Shown: positions 29,046-47,010 of the stretch, piece after piece
Layout: each line of letters starts with the position of its first letter
How positions within the stretch are numbered: the first letter of the stretch is position 1
Notes under the pieces: model-generated
Told to the model about the DNA's origin: nothing
Databases searched by the model: none
What the model saw: only the letters and a program-made list of their open reading frames with translations
Program-made: the position numbers and the translations under genes
Source: Octopus vulgaris
Lineage: Eukaryota
DNA: 64,000 nucleotides
NCBI GenBank assembly: GCA_951406725.2
Contig: OX597816.1
Location: forward strand, 146,382,001-146,446,000
Direction of reading: 5' to 3'

Positions 29046-30977
29046 TTATTTATTTGCATATGTCTCTTTCGATATATATATGCCTATACAAACCCACACA
29101 GATATATGTATACATATACGTGAATATGTGTAGGCGATTATATTGATGCCTCTGTTTCTGCTTATATGCTCGCGTATGAGTGCATGTATCAGTGTATGTG
29201 TGCATGCACGTGTGTATATGTGTGTATGTATTTGTATGCATGTGCCTGCGCATGTGTGCGTGTGTGTGTGTTTGTGCGCTTCACATCTATTATTTGTACG
29301 GAACATTTATCAAAATTCTAACACTTCTCCACTCCACATTTTTCCTCTTGCACCGGATTTCCTCTAATTATTAGTACATCATTGACTCAGTTTCCTGGTA
29401 AAACTTCTATAATGTCTATGTTAACGGAAAAAGCTTCGACATATATTTCTGTAACATTTATATTATTTCGAACAGCTACCAACCCATTTTCAACTACAGT
29501 CTACAAATTGATTTAGCAGGCGCTGAAGGGAACTTATCACTATATTAGAAGTCAACTAATTATTACTAACGAAATAGGAGAAAATTATTGCAGCTAGCTT
29601 ATATGATTTTATTGAGTGTATGGCATATTTAATGTTATGGATAGCAATATACGACATATTCAACATGGTGGGTGTTCTTGAATTATATTTTTCTCCCAGG
29701 AAAATTTATTATCCGACTTCTGATGTTCTGATATCGTTAAACTTCAGAAAGCATTCAACTTCCTGAAAAATGGTTTATTGTCTGAGAATGTAAAATTGAA
29801 ACAAAAGCTTTGTTATCTCAATTGAAAGAAGTTGGCTCATGTTCTTATCTATTTATTCAAGTTTTTCATGCCAATGTAGATATTACAATAACGGAAATAG
29901 AATTATGAAAAATTGTTATTTTCAGACCTCATCGTTTCAATGAAAGAACTGATTTACAAATATATATATTTACGGGAATATTCCGGAGGTGGAAGGGCAA
30001 CGGTAATGATGAATGAGAGACTCACAAACATTGTAGGGAGTAAAGGGGAGTATCTTCCTTAGATCCATGGCAGCTGTTAGGAACAAAGTGTACTCTAATT
30101 ATTACAGCCAATAGGGAATGATTTCTCTAATTTTATGCGTCATTTTCAATCAGTCATAAAACTGGTGGCATTTCCATTGACACGAGTATGCTAATTAGAA
30201 AATATACTTTTATGGAAATGTGATTCTCATTCAACATAATAGGAGAAGGACGGTATAATTTGTATTTGTTACCAATAAGATACAAGGAACAAAATTATTA
30301 TTTAGAGAGCAGACTTGGTTGAAGAATGAGTAACTAAAATATCAGACACTATTAATACCTACATAAACAAATCTTTTTAATGACTTGCGCTTTTCTGTTG
30401 AAATTAAATCTGCAACTCAAAATCATTAGTTAATTAAATATGCTGTAGCATATATGTCAATCAAGAAACCGTTAAAACGTGCAATCCTAAACACAAATAT
30501 TTTAACTGAACACAAACACTAACATTGTTTACGTATTCAATCTCCTTACTACCTTCATATTTTTAGAAAATGCACCTTATTAACATTTCAATTCTTATGC
30601 GTGACATTTAGTAAGCCAGGTAGATTGTGCTATTTTAAATGTCGTTTTGAGCATTTGTCCAAAAGCTTCAAGGTAACCTATCAACTAAACTTACATCTTA
30701 CCATTTTTGCAACTTAACTTTTTAGAAATAATTCATTACATTCTCAGGAACCAAATATTTACCTTCTGCCCCCATAACCGACGGAGTCCGAATTTGTGCA
30801 AAAATGATTTTCATATCATCAATATTTAGAATTAAATTAACACAAACATTTGAATTCCGAATAAGGCCTTAACTAAAAGTTTGAAGTAATTATTTTGAGA
30901 AACGGTAACAATTATGGGTTTAGTATCAGATTCAATACATTAATGAATAAATAAACAGGCTTCAGTATATATATCTT

Positions 30978-31013
<36 letters not shown>

Positions 31014-32256
31014 GTATATATAAATCACAGTATGTGTGTGTACATTCATTAACCCATACATTTCCTCAATTCTGAACCGATTTTCTCCTTACTTTACACA
31101 TACATTACTTATGTCTTTAGGATGGTTATGCACTATAGAATTTTGCCCAGAGCTCCCACATAAATGGAGAAAGCATGAAAAACGGTGGATTACACGAATT
31201 TTTGTTTAATTCGTTATATGTACATAGTTGTTCTTTTATGTAGAGTTTTCCATGTATTTTTAATCTATATGGTCGTATATTGGTGTTACAGAATATTTTT
31301 CAGTGATTTTCATATTTTTTTATTTATTATTTATTTATATGATGTAATTTATTTATATGATGTAATATGATGTAATTACATGTCTTTAATTTTTGTATGT
31401 GCATTGATGTGTAGCTTGTGTTGGAGTATTTTGGTTTAAGAGTATAAAAAGAGTGAAAGCATTTTGCCGATATATTTCGACTGCTTTTTATACTCTTTTA
31501 ATCTATATGGTCGTATATTTTGCATTACAAATTATTTTTTAGTTGTTTTCACATGATTCTGATTTATTATTTCTCTGCCTTACAACGCAACATCTTTTCA
31601 CTGCGAACTACTAAATATTCAAAGCAGTTTTTTGTGAACTGAAGACAATCTCAGCATGTCTTCATTTTTCGTAACCGTAAGTCAATTTCAGAGTGGTCGT
31701 ACACTGTAAGCACGTACATTCCTTTAACTCTACTTTTTCAAGTGGGTATTATATTACCATTTTTGAACGTAGCAATCATGTATCTCACTGAAAAAATATC
31801 CCCCTTTGCTGTTGAAGAAAATAAACTCGCAGAGGGGAAATTTCGACGTCTTCCTTCAATTTCCTTACACCATTTATTAGGCTGTTTCTGACAAAAAATT
31901 TTGCTTTTATGTAAAACAAGTATATTTTGTAGTCAGTATCTGTTCTCTAAATCCAAAACACCAGTACGTCTACATTGCATCTCTTGCAAACTTATGTTTA
32001 TGATCCTTAAATTACAACAACATCCAGATTGATCAGCCTTCAATTTGGGTTTTTTGTTCGTTGGTTAATCTGAAACATATTGCCGTGCTACTCATAACCC
32101 TTCCCGGTAGTTCAATTGTTTGGTGAAAAGAATGACTCCAAAGAAACATATAAACGCACACGTCCTTTGAAAGTTTAACCTTTCAAATGTTTCGTCTCAA
32201 TTTTCTCAAACGCCTATGTTGTGAGAAATATTCTAATCAATCTTCTTTCTCAAAAC

Positions 32257-32300
<44 letters not shown>

Positions 32301-32309
32301 GTGTGTGTG

Positions 32310-32455
32310 TGTCAGTCTGTCTGGTTGTGTGTGTGTGTCAGTCTGTCTGGTTGTGTGTGTGTGTCAATCTGTCTGGTTTTGTGTGTGTGTGTGTGTCAGT
32401 CTGTCTGGTTGTGTGTGTGTGTGTGTGTGCGTGTGTCAGTCTGTCTGGTTGTGTG
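32310..32455. repeat. Minisatellite GTCAGTCTGTCTGGTT(GT)n, 5 copies
   Basis: Directly visible. Confidence 0.9.
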
Positions 32456-34406
32456 TATATGTATATAGGTATATATATTGTCTCAGTTTTAGGAGAATGG
32501 TGGTCTTCTTATGATCGGATATTTCTAAAATGGAGAAAACATCATTCAGAGATAGATTCAAAACAATGTGTGGGTACATGTGTGTGCGCGAGCGGGTGTG
32601 TGCATCTCAAATAATCTGATTCGCAGATGATAGTGAATGATAAAATAGGCCTAAATCCTTTGTTCCCTTTTTGAATTGACCAGCTGCATCCATATTACAC
32701 AAGTGAAATGAGAACCCGTCCGTTGGTGAACAGCGAATTTCTTTTCTCCCTCACTGAAATTGTGATAATACGAGGAATAATGCGCCCGTAATTTCGCAAG
32801 AGAAAATAAATTTAACTGGGTTTGTTTTTAATTAGTTTATTTATTATAATATAATGAATCACATTTTTGGCTACCATTAGTATATTTGAGTTGGGGAATA
32901 ATTAAATTTCTACTTTTTTCTGTTGATTCTGATCGTTGTCTCTTCATAACACAACAAGTAATTATAAAAGACATGCCAGACATAGAGAATGCAACTTAGA
33001 CCTTCAAAAGTGTATTCGATAAGAAATGAATAAATAAATGAAATAAAAATTAATATCAGAAAGCAAACTGAAAATTCAATATTTTAAAATTGTTATTACT
33101 TTAAATCATTGTATTTAATATTTTGTTTACTCAACAAACGTCATAAACAAAGAGAAGGCCTAAGTAACAAAAGAATCATTGATATCTATTTGAAATATAT
33201 TCAGTTGGGAATTCAAAAAGAAAAACGTAAACATAATTTCTCAATGAAATGTTATAATTTATATTGACAATATTTCAAAGCCAGGACAAAATTAGATTAA
33301 ATGTAAAATATAATTTAAAAAATGGAAACGTTTTACAAATAATCGATATAATTTTGAATAAATTTCGCTGTTGTTCCGAGATTAAAAGAACAATGATTAA
33401 TCATATCTATAAATATATGTAAATTTCTTTGTATTATTTAATAATCTACGGAAATTAAATACCCGAAAATGTTGTTTTCAGTTTGGCCCCTGAGGTTTCA
33501 GTTCAAATATCAATGGGTTAGACATCAAAGGTATTCTTACAGAAACATTGAAACATTGAAATTGAATTCGAAATAACAAAACAAAAATGTTGGGGCATCA
33601 TGAATAAATGTACATGATGTCCTAAATGTTAACCATGCAAATATTCGCAACAACAAACGATTTATATTATGTATAGGTAGTATACGTTATCACCATGGAA
33701 ATCACTCACAAAGCTTTGCAACATTCATACCTGCTGAATAATTTAAATTGGGTGCAGTTATTCAGTGGTGCAAGAGAAATGATTAAGCAGCTTATGATAC
33801 ATGTCATGAAGAGTACGAATTCCCTTGGATGCAACCACATCCAGAAATCTGCTGCCAACAAATTTCCATTTTCGATTTAAATGATTTTAATTTATATAGA
33901 ACGTATGCGTTGCACTGTTTATCAATTCCGACGACAATCATTGATAGTCACCTGCGTGTATGTATGGACATATTATTAGTGAAAAGCCTACATTCTGTAG
34001 TTTATTTAGGAACTGTAAGCAACAATAAACGCTATATTTACACATTGTTGGCAAAATAATAAGGACAAATACTATATTGAGGTACTGACATGTCAATGAT
34101 CAGAATTTTTTATATCATGTAAATTAGAATTGTTCAGAACCTGTATTGGTGGGTGTATGGAATACACCTGATCACTTTCAATTCCCAAGTATTATAAGAC
34201 GTTTTGTTTCCATTCGCGTCTTAGGTCCCGACAAATGTTTTAACGTATTATAAAAGTTTAAGGAACGAACAACACACGGTGTTCAGTTACGATTTCAAAT
34301 GAAATAATAGCGTTATCACTTAACTTCATTTATTATGTTTTCTTCTATGGTATACACGAATGAGAAATGTCATTTACACAAAAGATTACTAACTATATTA
34401 CTGATA

Positions 34407-34820
34407 GGCGTAGGAGTGGATGTGTGGTAAGTAGCTTGCTTACCAACCACATGGTTCCGGGTTCAGTCCCACTGCGTGGCACCACGGGCAAGTGTCTTCT
34501 ACTATAGCCTCGGGCCGACCAAAGCCTTGTGAGTGGATTTGGTAGACGGAAACTGAAAGAAGCCCGTCGTATATATGTATATATATATGTATGTGTGCGT
34601 GTGTGTGCGTGTATGTTTGTGTGTCTGTGTTTGTCCCCATAGCATTGCTTGACAACCGATGCTGGTGTGTTTACGTCCCCGTCACTTAGCGGTTCGGCAA
34701 AAGAGACCGATAGAATAAGTACTGGGCTTACAAAGAATAAGTTCCGGGGTCTATTTGCTCGACTAAAGGCGGTGCTCCAGCATGGCCGCAGTCAAATGAC
34801 TGAAACAAGTAAAAGAGTAA
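34407..34820 (+). mobile_element. Full-length tRNA-derived SINE family B
   Basis: Head GGCGTAGGAGTGG.TGTGTGGTAAG (A box) and GGTTCAGTCCC (B-like), an internal TA/TG microsatellite, and the tail tgactgaaacaagtaaaagag. Multiple copies occur in the window. Confidence 0.9.
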
Positions 34821-35774
34821 AGGACATAACCCATTCCCTTCTTCGTAAATTATTTGGTAAAAATGAAATTGAATATAATTATTTCTTAGTATTTGAACTA
34901 TTTCAGTTATTTTCTTAATTTATCCAGTACAAGGTTTAAACAAGTAAATAGTATTCTTCTAGACAATAGATCCACTTATTTCGGTTAGTGATTATTCACG
35001 AATATACCAACTCTAGCGCTGCTGAGGGTAATATTCTCTGGGAAAAGATAAAAGCTTTGAATTGTTATTATCTTATATCTGATTGGCCTGTTATTACGTA
35101 ACATGCTTCACGATTTAAGTATGCATAAGTTATTAGTTTTTTCTCCTATGTTCTATATACTCTGGGAACATATTAAAACACTTTTCGGGGCTACTTTATT
35201 AGAATTCTTACTATAGCGTACTTAATGTCATGTTAGTGCATAACTGAATTTAGGTATTCATAACTTATTGGTAATTCCTAAAAGCAAGATCCTTTGTAAG
35301 ACAGTACGGAATTCTCAATAAATACGTTTTGGAGCTACATACTTTGTATTGTTGTTACTGGATTATGAGAATGGAACCAATGGATGAGCCCGCTTCCCCG
35401 GGAATTACCGAGCATGTTACCTGGTATATTAATATATCTTTGTGTGTGCGCGTGTGTGTATATATATATATATTAAAAATATATATATATATATACATCC
35501 ACCTATATATATATACAGAGAGAGATATATATGTGAGTGTGTGTGTGTGTGTGTTAAAGTGTTGCAATGACGTTCCTCAAAGGCCGGGCGATAACTCGGA
35601 TTATTGAGCAAAAGATATGATTTCAAACTACTCAAGTCCACTCGACAAGACTGAGGTATCCTGAGATGGCATTTTCCGTCGGATGAAGGAGTATATACTC
35701 AACAGAATATATAAGGAAAGTAGCCTTATTACTCTATGGCACAGGAAGGAGACTTGATACTTTGTGTCTATATA

Positions 35775-36235
35775 TCATCATCATCATCATCATCATTTAG
35801 CGTCCGTTCTCCATGCTAGCATGGGTTGGACGGTTCAACTGGGGTCTGTGAAGCTGGAAGGCTTCATCAGGCCCAGTCAGATCTGACAGTGTTTCTACGG
35901 CTGGATGCCCTTCCTAACGCCAACCACTCCGTGAGTGTAGTGGGTGCTTTTTACGTGCCACTTGCACCGGTGCCAGACAGAGCTGGCAAACGGCCACGAA
36001 CGGATGGTGCTTTTACGTGTCACCGGCACGGGGCCAGGCGAGGCTGGCAACGGACAGGAACGGATGGTGCTTTTACGTGCCACCAACACGGGGGCCAGAC
36101 AGAGCTGGCAAACGGCCACGAAAAGGATGGTGCTTTTACGTGTCACCGGCACGGGGGCCAGGTGAGGCTGGCAACGGGCACGAACGGATGGTGCTTTTAC
36201 ATGCCACCGACACGGGGGCCAGACAGGGCTGGCAA
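35775..36235 (-). mobile_element. Element with an RTE-like 3' tail ((ATG)n) and an internal ~60-bp tandem array
   Basis: (CAT)n followed by ..ggatgcccttcctaacgccaaccac, which resembles RTE/SINE 3' ends. ggtgcttttacgtg.cacc..gctggcaa is repeated 5 times over 35943-36235. Confidence 0.6.
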
Positions 36236-36320
36236 TTGTGTGTCTCTGTGTGTATCTGTTTGTTTAACTTTTGGATCTACCAAGTTTCATTATTAAGGAT
36301 GGAAAGTAGTGTGTAGCAAA

Positions 36321-37414
36321 TCTATATGTATAAAGCTCAAGTTGTCCGTGTGTGGCAGGTTTGGTAGCCTTCAACTAACACTATCTCATTCGAGACCATG
36401 CAGCGCACGTTGACCAAAATTGAGAGTATGATAGAAGAAGGCTTGCTCTTCATTCTGTAGAAGATAAAATTCAAATCGGACCATGTTTACAGCAAAAATT
36501 ATTTACATCAAAAAGGTGCTTTTTTTTCTATGAAAATCCATATTTTTTACGAGTTTTGACTGCTGTTTCACCATTTTTTGGTGTATTTCAACTGCAAAAA
36601 TGTTCACTTGAAGAGAATAATACGTTGCATAATGCAAAACTTTTACTTTTCAAAACTTCCAATTCTAAAGGGTCGAAACAAACCCAAGCAACACCGGGTG
36701 ATACATATACTAACAGTAATACCCGTCGTTGGTCGGGTACTTACTGTTATTGTTTCCCGGAAGCTACATTCAAGGTAATATTACAATACAATTTACTCCT
36801 CCTGCACGTTTGTATTTTTATAAGATTAAAATATGTAATAAATGAAGTAGCAAAAAGATCAATTTTATACATGAACCTCCTGTGTGTATGCATTTTATCA
36901 GAGAAAAACATAATAATTGGTGTAGAAAAAGATGTATTTTATACACGAACCTCCGTTTGTCTATTATATGACAATAATAAATGAGTTTTATGAGTTATTT
37001 TATTTATCAGTACAGTAATGGAAATTTTAAGATAGTACATTTAAATATATATATATAAATGTGTAATGGTGTCTGTGTGTGTGTTTGGGGTTACTCCGAC
37101 TCCTCGCACGCCGTCCAACCGATTTTAATGATTTGGGGCACATGGGTTGATCACGTGCTGTGAAGTTCAAATAAAGCCGGAATCTTTCGAAAACTCGATA
37201 CTGCTCAGTTGCCATCGATTTTCGTGAGCTCAATCGGACGTTTGAATGGAAATTCCCATAACGATGTTATTTTTCCTGCAGCCTTTGCATTTTCACGTGT
37301 AAAATTTCAACAAAATCGACAGAAAAATCTCTATGGTAATGTTTATTCAATGCAAGACAGAGGCGGGCTTAACTTCAACATGGAAAACACAAGCACCGCC
37401 GGGTCCAATAGCTC

Positions 37415-37415
<1 letters not shown>
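36321..37415 (+). mobile_element. Degenerate non-autonomous Helitron with two 3'-end motifs
   Basis: 5' TCTATATGTATAAA. Degenerate 3' ends acccaagcaacaccgggtgatac..ctaa (~36682-36712) and caagcaccgccgggtccaatagctcg (ending 37415). Confidence 0.55.
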
Positions 37416-37465
<50 letters not shown>

Positions 37466-39589
37466 CATACATACAAATACACACTTTTATGTCTTCCCAT
37501 TATTAACTATTCTAAAAGTTAAGTATCTTCTTGACGCTGCTTATTTAATTTGCTAACCTCATTTCAATTCATTTTACTATGCAATAAGTGAGCAGCGGAA
37601 GAATAAATTTCTGTAGAAATGCTCGAGCAGTTAATTTAATGCCCTAACAATATCAACTATAGTTCCCTTGTCTTCTGAGATTTCACGCTTCGGAGATAGG
37701 AATTTTCTCTGTAACCTCTGGAGTTGATTTCATTAAAGTAAATCGTGTTTCCTGTGACAGTTCTATAGATAATTGACACGGGGTTTTGTTTGAGTATTAG
37801 CATATACACCAGAAAATAAGTGTGAGTAACAGGGAGAAAGTGAGATAGAGAGTGTGTGTGTGTGTTTGAGTGAGTGAGTGAGTGAGTGAGTGAGTGAATG
37901 AGAGAGTAAGTCAGAGTGAGTACTAGAGTAATCTAAGATCACGTTTAGTTAAAGGCCAGAAAAGAAACAAACGTCTGTCGAGCTAATTGAATGATATAAT
38001 GATTTATAATTCATGCACAAAGCCATATTTTAGCATAATTGATGACCCAGGGGCGTAAAAATCATGTTTTGAACTCTAGCGGTAATGAATTGCCTGCTAA
38101 TAATTCATAAACTGAAGTTTTGTTTAATAGTAACAGCTGCAACAACATCTAAGGACAGAATAGCAAGTCAAGTTTGTTGCGAGTTGTTTTGTTACCTAAG
38201 GAATGTCAGTTATTAAATGTAAAATCTGAAAGTGTGACGAAATTAATACTCATATCCGATCTCCGTAAAACTTCCGTAATATTAAAATTTCTAATTATTG
38301 GTTTTTTTGATTACACACAAAAATTGTAGATTATAATGAAAGGTGATATGAAATTTTGTGGCAATAATATGTTTCACAGGTGGCACTGGTGAATTGAATT
38401 CAATCAAATAGTTCTAAGGAGGAATCGTGACTACTATTATGGTCGATGCAAATTTTTCTTTCATGACATATTAATACTATATTGCTCGTAAATGATGTAA
38501 CGAAATGCATTAAGATATTTAGGTACGGCCTTTTATATTTTTATTTCAAATATCATAAACCCTTTTATAGTTGATAAAATAAAAGACAAGTCAAGTACTA
38601 GAGTTAATGTTGCCAATATATTGTAATAATTAAAGTGAGATTAACTTTTAGCAGGTTCGGACGCAGCGTGGTTATAATAACCAGATTCTTATTTAGTCAA
38701 CAACTTGTGAAATGAATGATGGGGTCACACCCATTTTGGCCTATACATGACTGCCGAATCAAAGAGAGGGGTGGAAGGAAGAATAGTTTTTAGTATCTGA
38801 CTAGTACTTTATTTCATCCCCAGTTTTCAATAGCTAAAACAAACATGTCGGATTTTTATCTAGGAAACACGAGCACATAATGGATGTTCGTTCCGTTAAT
38901 CTAACAGATCTCTAAATTTCCTGTCGAATATGCGTTTGAACTCAGTTTATAATGTTGATGCTATAAGTACACAAGAACAACTTTCCAGTATCCTATTTCT
39001 CGTTGAGGGGGAATTAAGATCTCCAAAATTCTAAAATATTTCACTACTTATTTTCAGTGGAAATAAGCACACCATAGTATCGCTAATATTAAGAAAACCA
39101 TTCTATTCAACCTATATGCATATACATTATTTTATACATGGGAGAAATATATTACTCTTTAGTACAACTACAAAAAACGGATGGATCACTCCAACTACTA
39201 GAAATAACATCGACATTAATCCTACCACGTTTAATATTGATGTAAAGTGTGAAGCATTACGTAATTTAGAGGCAGAAACCCTTAACCAGATTGACTACCA
39301 GTTGGTTATGATTCCGCTGCGACAGAGTTAATCTGGGGATAATAAAAAATTCAACAAACCAATGGAAATATATTTTTATGACAAGTTTTGCAAAACAGTG
39401 TTTTGCTAAAGAAAATCATTTTAGAATATTTTAGTTAATGACATGTAAATTTTCAATCATCATGCAGAATGAGTGGAAACAGTAAGTAAAACAAAACAAA
39501 ACATTGTTAAACTATCACAGAAGCCAATTTTCGTATAAACAAAGTAGAACAACACTGACAATTTGGAAATAATGATTAGCATTAATATT

Positions 39590-39800
39590 CCGAGCTAATA
39601 GATTCGTTAGCCAATCGGACAAAATGCTTAATGGCATTTCTTCCAACTCTATTCGCTTCGATTTCAAATCCCACCATCGTCATAAATTCCTTTCATCGTT
39701 TCAAGATAAATAAAGTATCAATAAAATACTGCAGTTGATGCAATCGACTTAACCCTCCTCTCAAATCTGCTGGTTTTGTGCACAATTTTGACAGAATATT
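39590..39800 (+). mobile_element. Old SINE family A copy
   Basis: cgttagc..ggacaaaatgctta..ggcatttc..ttcaaatcc..cctttcatc..aatcgact, colinear with family A. Confidence 0.6.
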
Positions 39801-40044
39801 CATAATTATCAATCTCACATACTTACAATATACTCTAGAACCGCATATAAAGCATCAACGTGTGGCACTATACAAGGGAAACACTTCAAACATTTGTTTG
39901 GAATTCATTTCTATATCCACAATGCAAAATGAAAATATCGTAGACGTAGGTACAACGATCTAATACAGTTCAGTTGCATCGGAGCCATTCGCCTGATCGC
40001 ACCGTATTCGCAACCTTTCCTATGTGCTTGTCAAAACATGTTAA

Positions 40045-40365
40045 GACGCGTGTCTCAGTGATTAGAGCGTCGAACTTACGATCGTGAGGTTGTGAGCTCG
40101 AATCCCGGACCTGGCTGCGTGATGTGTTCTTGAGCAAAACACTTTCACGTTGCTCCAGTTCACTCAGCTGTAGAAACGAGTTGCGACGTCACAGGTACCA
40201 AGCAGTATCGGCGTTTGCCTTCCCCTTGGATAACACTGATGGAGAGGGGAGGCCGGTATGCATGAGCGACTGCTGGTCTTCCATAAACCTTGCCCGGACT
40301 TGTTCCTGGGAGGGTAACTTTCTAGATGCAATCCCATGGTCTGTGTTGTGACCGAAGGGGGTCTC
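40045..40365 (+). mobile_element. tRNA-derived SINE family C
   Basis: tRNA-like head gcgtgtctcagtgattagagcgtcg..gagctcgaatcccgg, followed by the core tgtgttcttgagcaaaacactt. Confidence 0.8.
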
Positions 40366-41621
40366 AGAATATATATGATATATATATATATGATATGTAG
40401 CCATATGTAGCAGTTATATGTTCCACTTGATTTATATTACTATTTGATATCCATTTCATTTACAAGTATATAGAATAGATTTCATTTCAACTCCCAATTA
40501 CAACAAAATTACAAAAAAAAATGGTTTTCTTATGCCTTCTCAGTGGTATTCCTCTATATTGAGTCGCCTCAAAGTTTTATTATTAGTGAAACTTTCTTCT
40601 CTAGTATTGATCCTTGTCGTGTTATTCCTACTAATAAGAATAACGAAGAAACAATTATAGCAACATTGCTCAATTTTCTTTTATTGGAACTTGATGTACA
40701 GTCGAAAATCGATATTATAGTTTCTAAAGAGTTTATTCTTTCCAATATTGCCGGTAAAATGCAGATTAGATTAAAGAAGAACTGTTGGTTTTTACCCTGC
40801 AAATATGAATATGTGTCACCTTCTAATTAATAGCAAGACTGCAAAAAGTAAATAAAATATAATCACACCAAAGTAAAGAATCTATATTAAATACTTTCTG
40901 CTGTTGCCTTGCATAACAGTGAAGTGAACATAACATTAACGCATGAAAATAAACCCTTCTCATGATTTACTGCTTTCCTTGTAAATATTGATTTCTTATA
41001 CTGAAATATGGTCACAAATAATCAGTAAAGAGGAATAATCGATTAAGTTGACTCCGATGCTTGCCTGCCATTTATAATCTGACTTATCCAAAATATATGT
41101 TGAAGGAAAATCTACAATGATTTGAACTCAGGACTTAAGTGAAAATAAATATTGCATGGCATATACGCTTAGTTGTCAAATGGTGCCATCATTTTAACAC
41201 CTCTATTAGTATGCATATTGTTGCTCACTACAGTAAAGTGTTGAATATGATGTAAGTTTCCGTAAAACATTGCCGACGTGACTTGAATTGTATTTTCAAA
41301 GTATATTTCCTTGAAAAAGTGCAACTTCGTAACAAATATTACATTCAGTAAATGTTTAGATATACCAGTTTCGGCCATATCAAAAATGTGACGTAGTTTT
41401 CGCTTCAGACTATGACATATTTACATCAGTCGAGTATTAACGCTATTTGAGAAATCAAGCGGGAACTATGAAACTGACTCATTTAGATACGGCAGTTATA
41501 CTCGTGGGAGACATCATATGTAATTTGATTATAATATTTTTCTACTGCATTCCCTCTCTGTATGTGAGTTTTTGCATGTTTGTTAGTGTCTTTCGCTATA
41601 CATATATATATATATTCATTC

Positions 41622-41797
41622 AGGCGCAGGAGTGGCTGTGTAGTAAGTAGCTTGTCTACCAACCACATGGTTCCGGGTTCAGTCCCACTGCGTGGCACCA
41701 CGGGCAAGTGTCTTCTACTATAGCCTCGGGCCGACCAAAGCCTTGTGAGTGGATTTGGTAGACGGAAACTGAAAGAAGCCCGTCGTATATATGTATA
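41622..41797 (+). mobile_element. SINE family B, 5' half (interrupted)
   Basis: Nearly identical to 34407-34580; stops at the internal TA tract. Confidence 0.9.
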
Positions 41798-41907
41798 TAC
41801 CTATACGTCGTATATACCTAGTGGTCAGCATTTCTAAACTCATAGTTATTTCGATCTTGAAAAGGATGGACTTGGTGCAAACTTAACTGTATCTATTATT
41901 ATTATTA

Positions 41908-41944
<37 letters not shown>

Positions 41945-41948
<4 letters not shown>

Positions 41949-42582
41949 AGTAATTTTTATTAACTTTCATAGCTTTAGAATTTTATGAACTGAACCATGG
42001 TTTTAATTATTATTTTCATCTCCCTATGTGTTAGTTTTTTTAAAAAAAACTATTAGCCAAATATGTATAATATCGGTACTTATTAATATTAATATATACA
42101 CTGATATATATTTTGTTTTATTTTGTTCTGTTTACCTTCCTTTATTGTACCTATGAATATTATATTATATAAGTGTAGCATTATGATGTATAAGTTTTTA
42201 TATTTTACATTTTTATATTTTTATATTTATATGTATATGGTTATATAATATTTTTCACAATTATAACAAATTTAATTTAATTCTCTGAAGAGGCCGTGGG
42301 GCATCCTTGTTAATGCCTCATTTATACCTGCCTTTATGGCTTAGAGGTTAAATGAGGTATGACTGCCCTCACTGCCGAAACAGCTGTCAGTTTTGATTTA
42401 ATTGCATATTATATTTGAAATTTTTTACTTATATCTCTTTATCTTTTTACTATTACTGTATATCTCATTTTGTATAATGCCTTTACTCATATGTAATGGT
42501 GTATTAAAGTATTGATTGGGTATCATCGGATAGTTGATGTTTTATTGATTTAAGTATGTTTCTCCATTCTCTAATTTTGTTG

Positions 42583-42586
<4 letters not shown>
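41945..42586 (+). mobile_element. AT-rich non-coding HHR-bearing cassette inserted within the SINE
   Basis: Lies between (TTA)n and (TA)n, separates the two halves of a SINE B, and carries the HHR. Confidence 0.6.
42277..42396 (+). ncRNA. Type I hammerhead ribozyme, canonical core, ~85-nt stem II, palindromic stem III
   Basis: CT CTGAAGA GGC-C-GTG-GGGCA..ATGCCTCATTTA..TAAATGAGGTAT..TGCCC-T-CAC-T-GCC GAAAC AGCT GTC AG. The triplet is GUC; stem I is weak. Confidence 0.8.
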
Positions 42587-42627
<41 letters not shown>

Positions 42628-42631
<4 letters not shown>

Positions 42632-42836
42632 TGTTTGTGTGTCTGTGTTTGTCCCCTAGCATTGCTTGACAACCGATGCTGGTGTGTTTATGTCCCCGTT
42701 ACTTAGCGGTTCGGCAAAAGAGACCGATAGAAAAAGTACTGGGCTTACAAAAGTATAAGTTCCGGGTCGAGTTGCTCGATTAAAGGCGGTATTCCAGCAT
42801 GGCCGCAGTCAAATGACTGAAACGAGTAAAAGAGTA
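42628..42836 (+). mobile_element. SINE family B, 3' half
   Basis: Colinear with 34615-34820. Confidence 0.9.
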
Positions 42837-42879
42837 TTCCTTTTAGAGTAAATAATACATTGCAAATGGTTATTAATAC

Positions 42880-47010
<4,131 letters not shown>

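Noticed and set aside
28500-30062. Splice-acceptor-like sites (~28516, ~29925) and a short open frame at 29925-30062
   Set aside because: No recognisable protein similarity or consistent exon chain; RNA-seq would be needed.
35943-36235. CRISPR-like appearance of the repeated motif
   Set aside because: The intervening sequences are themselves repeated, the context is eukaryotic, and there are no cas genes.
40045-40120. Possible tRNA gene
   Set aside because: The cloverleaf is imperfect and continues into a SINE body, so it is a SINE head.
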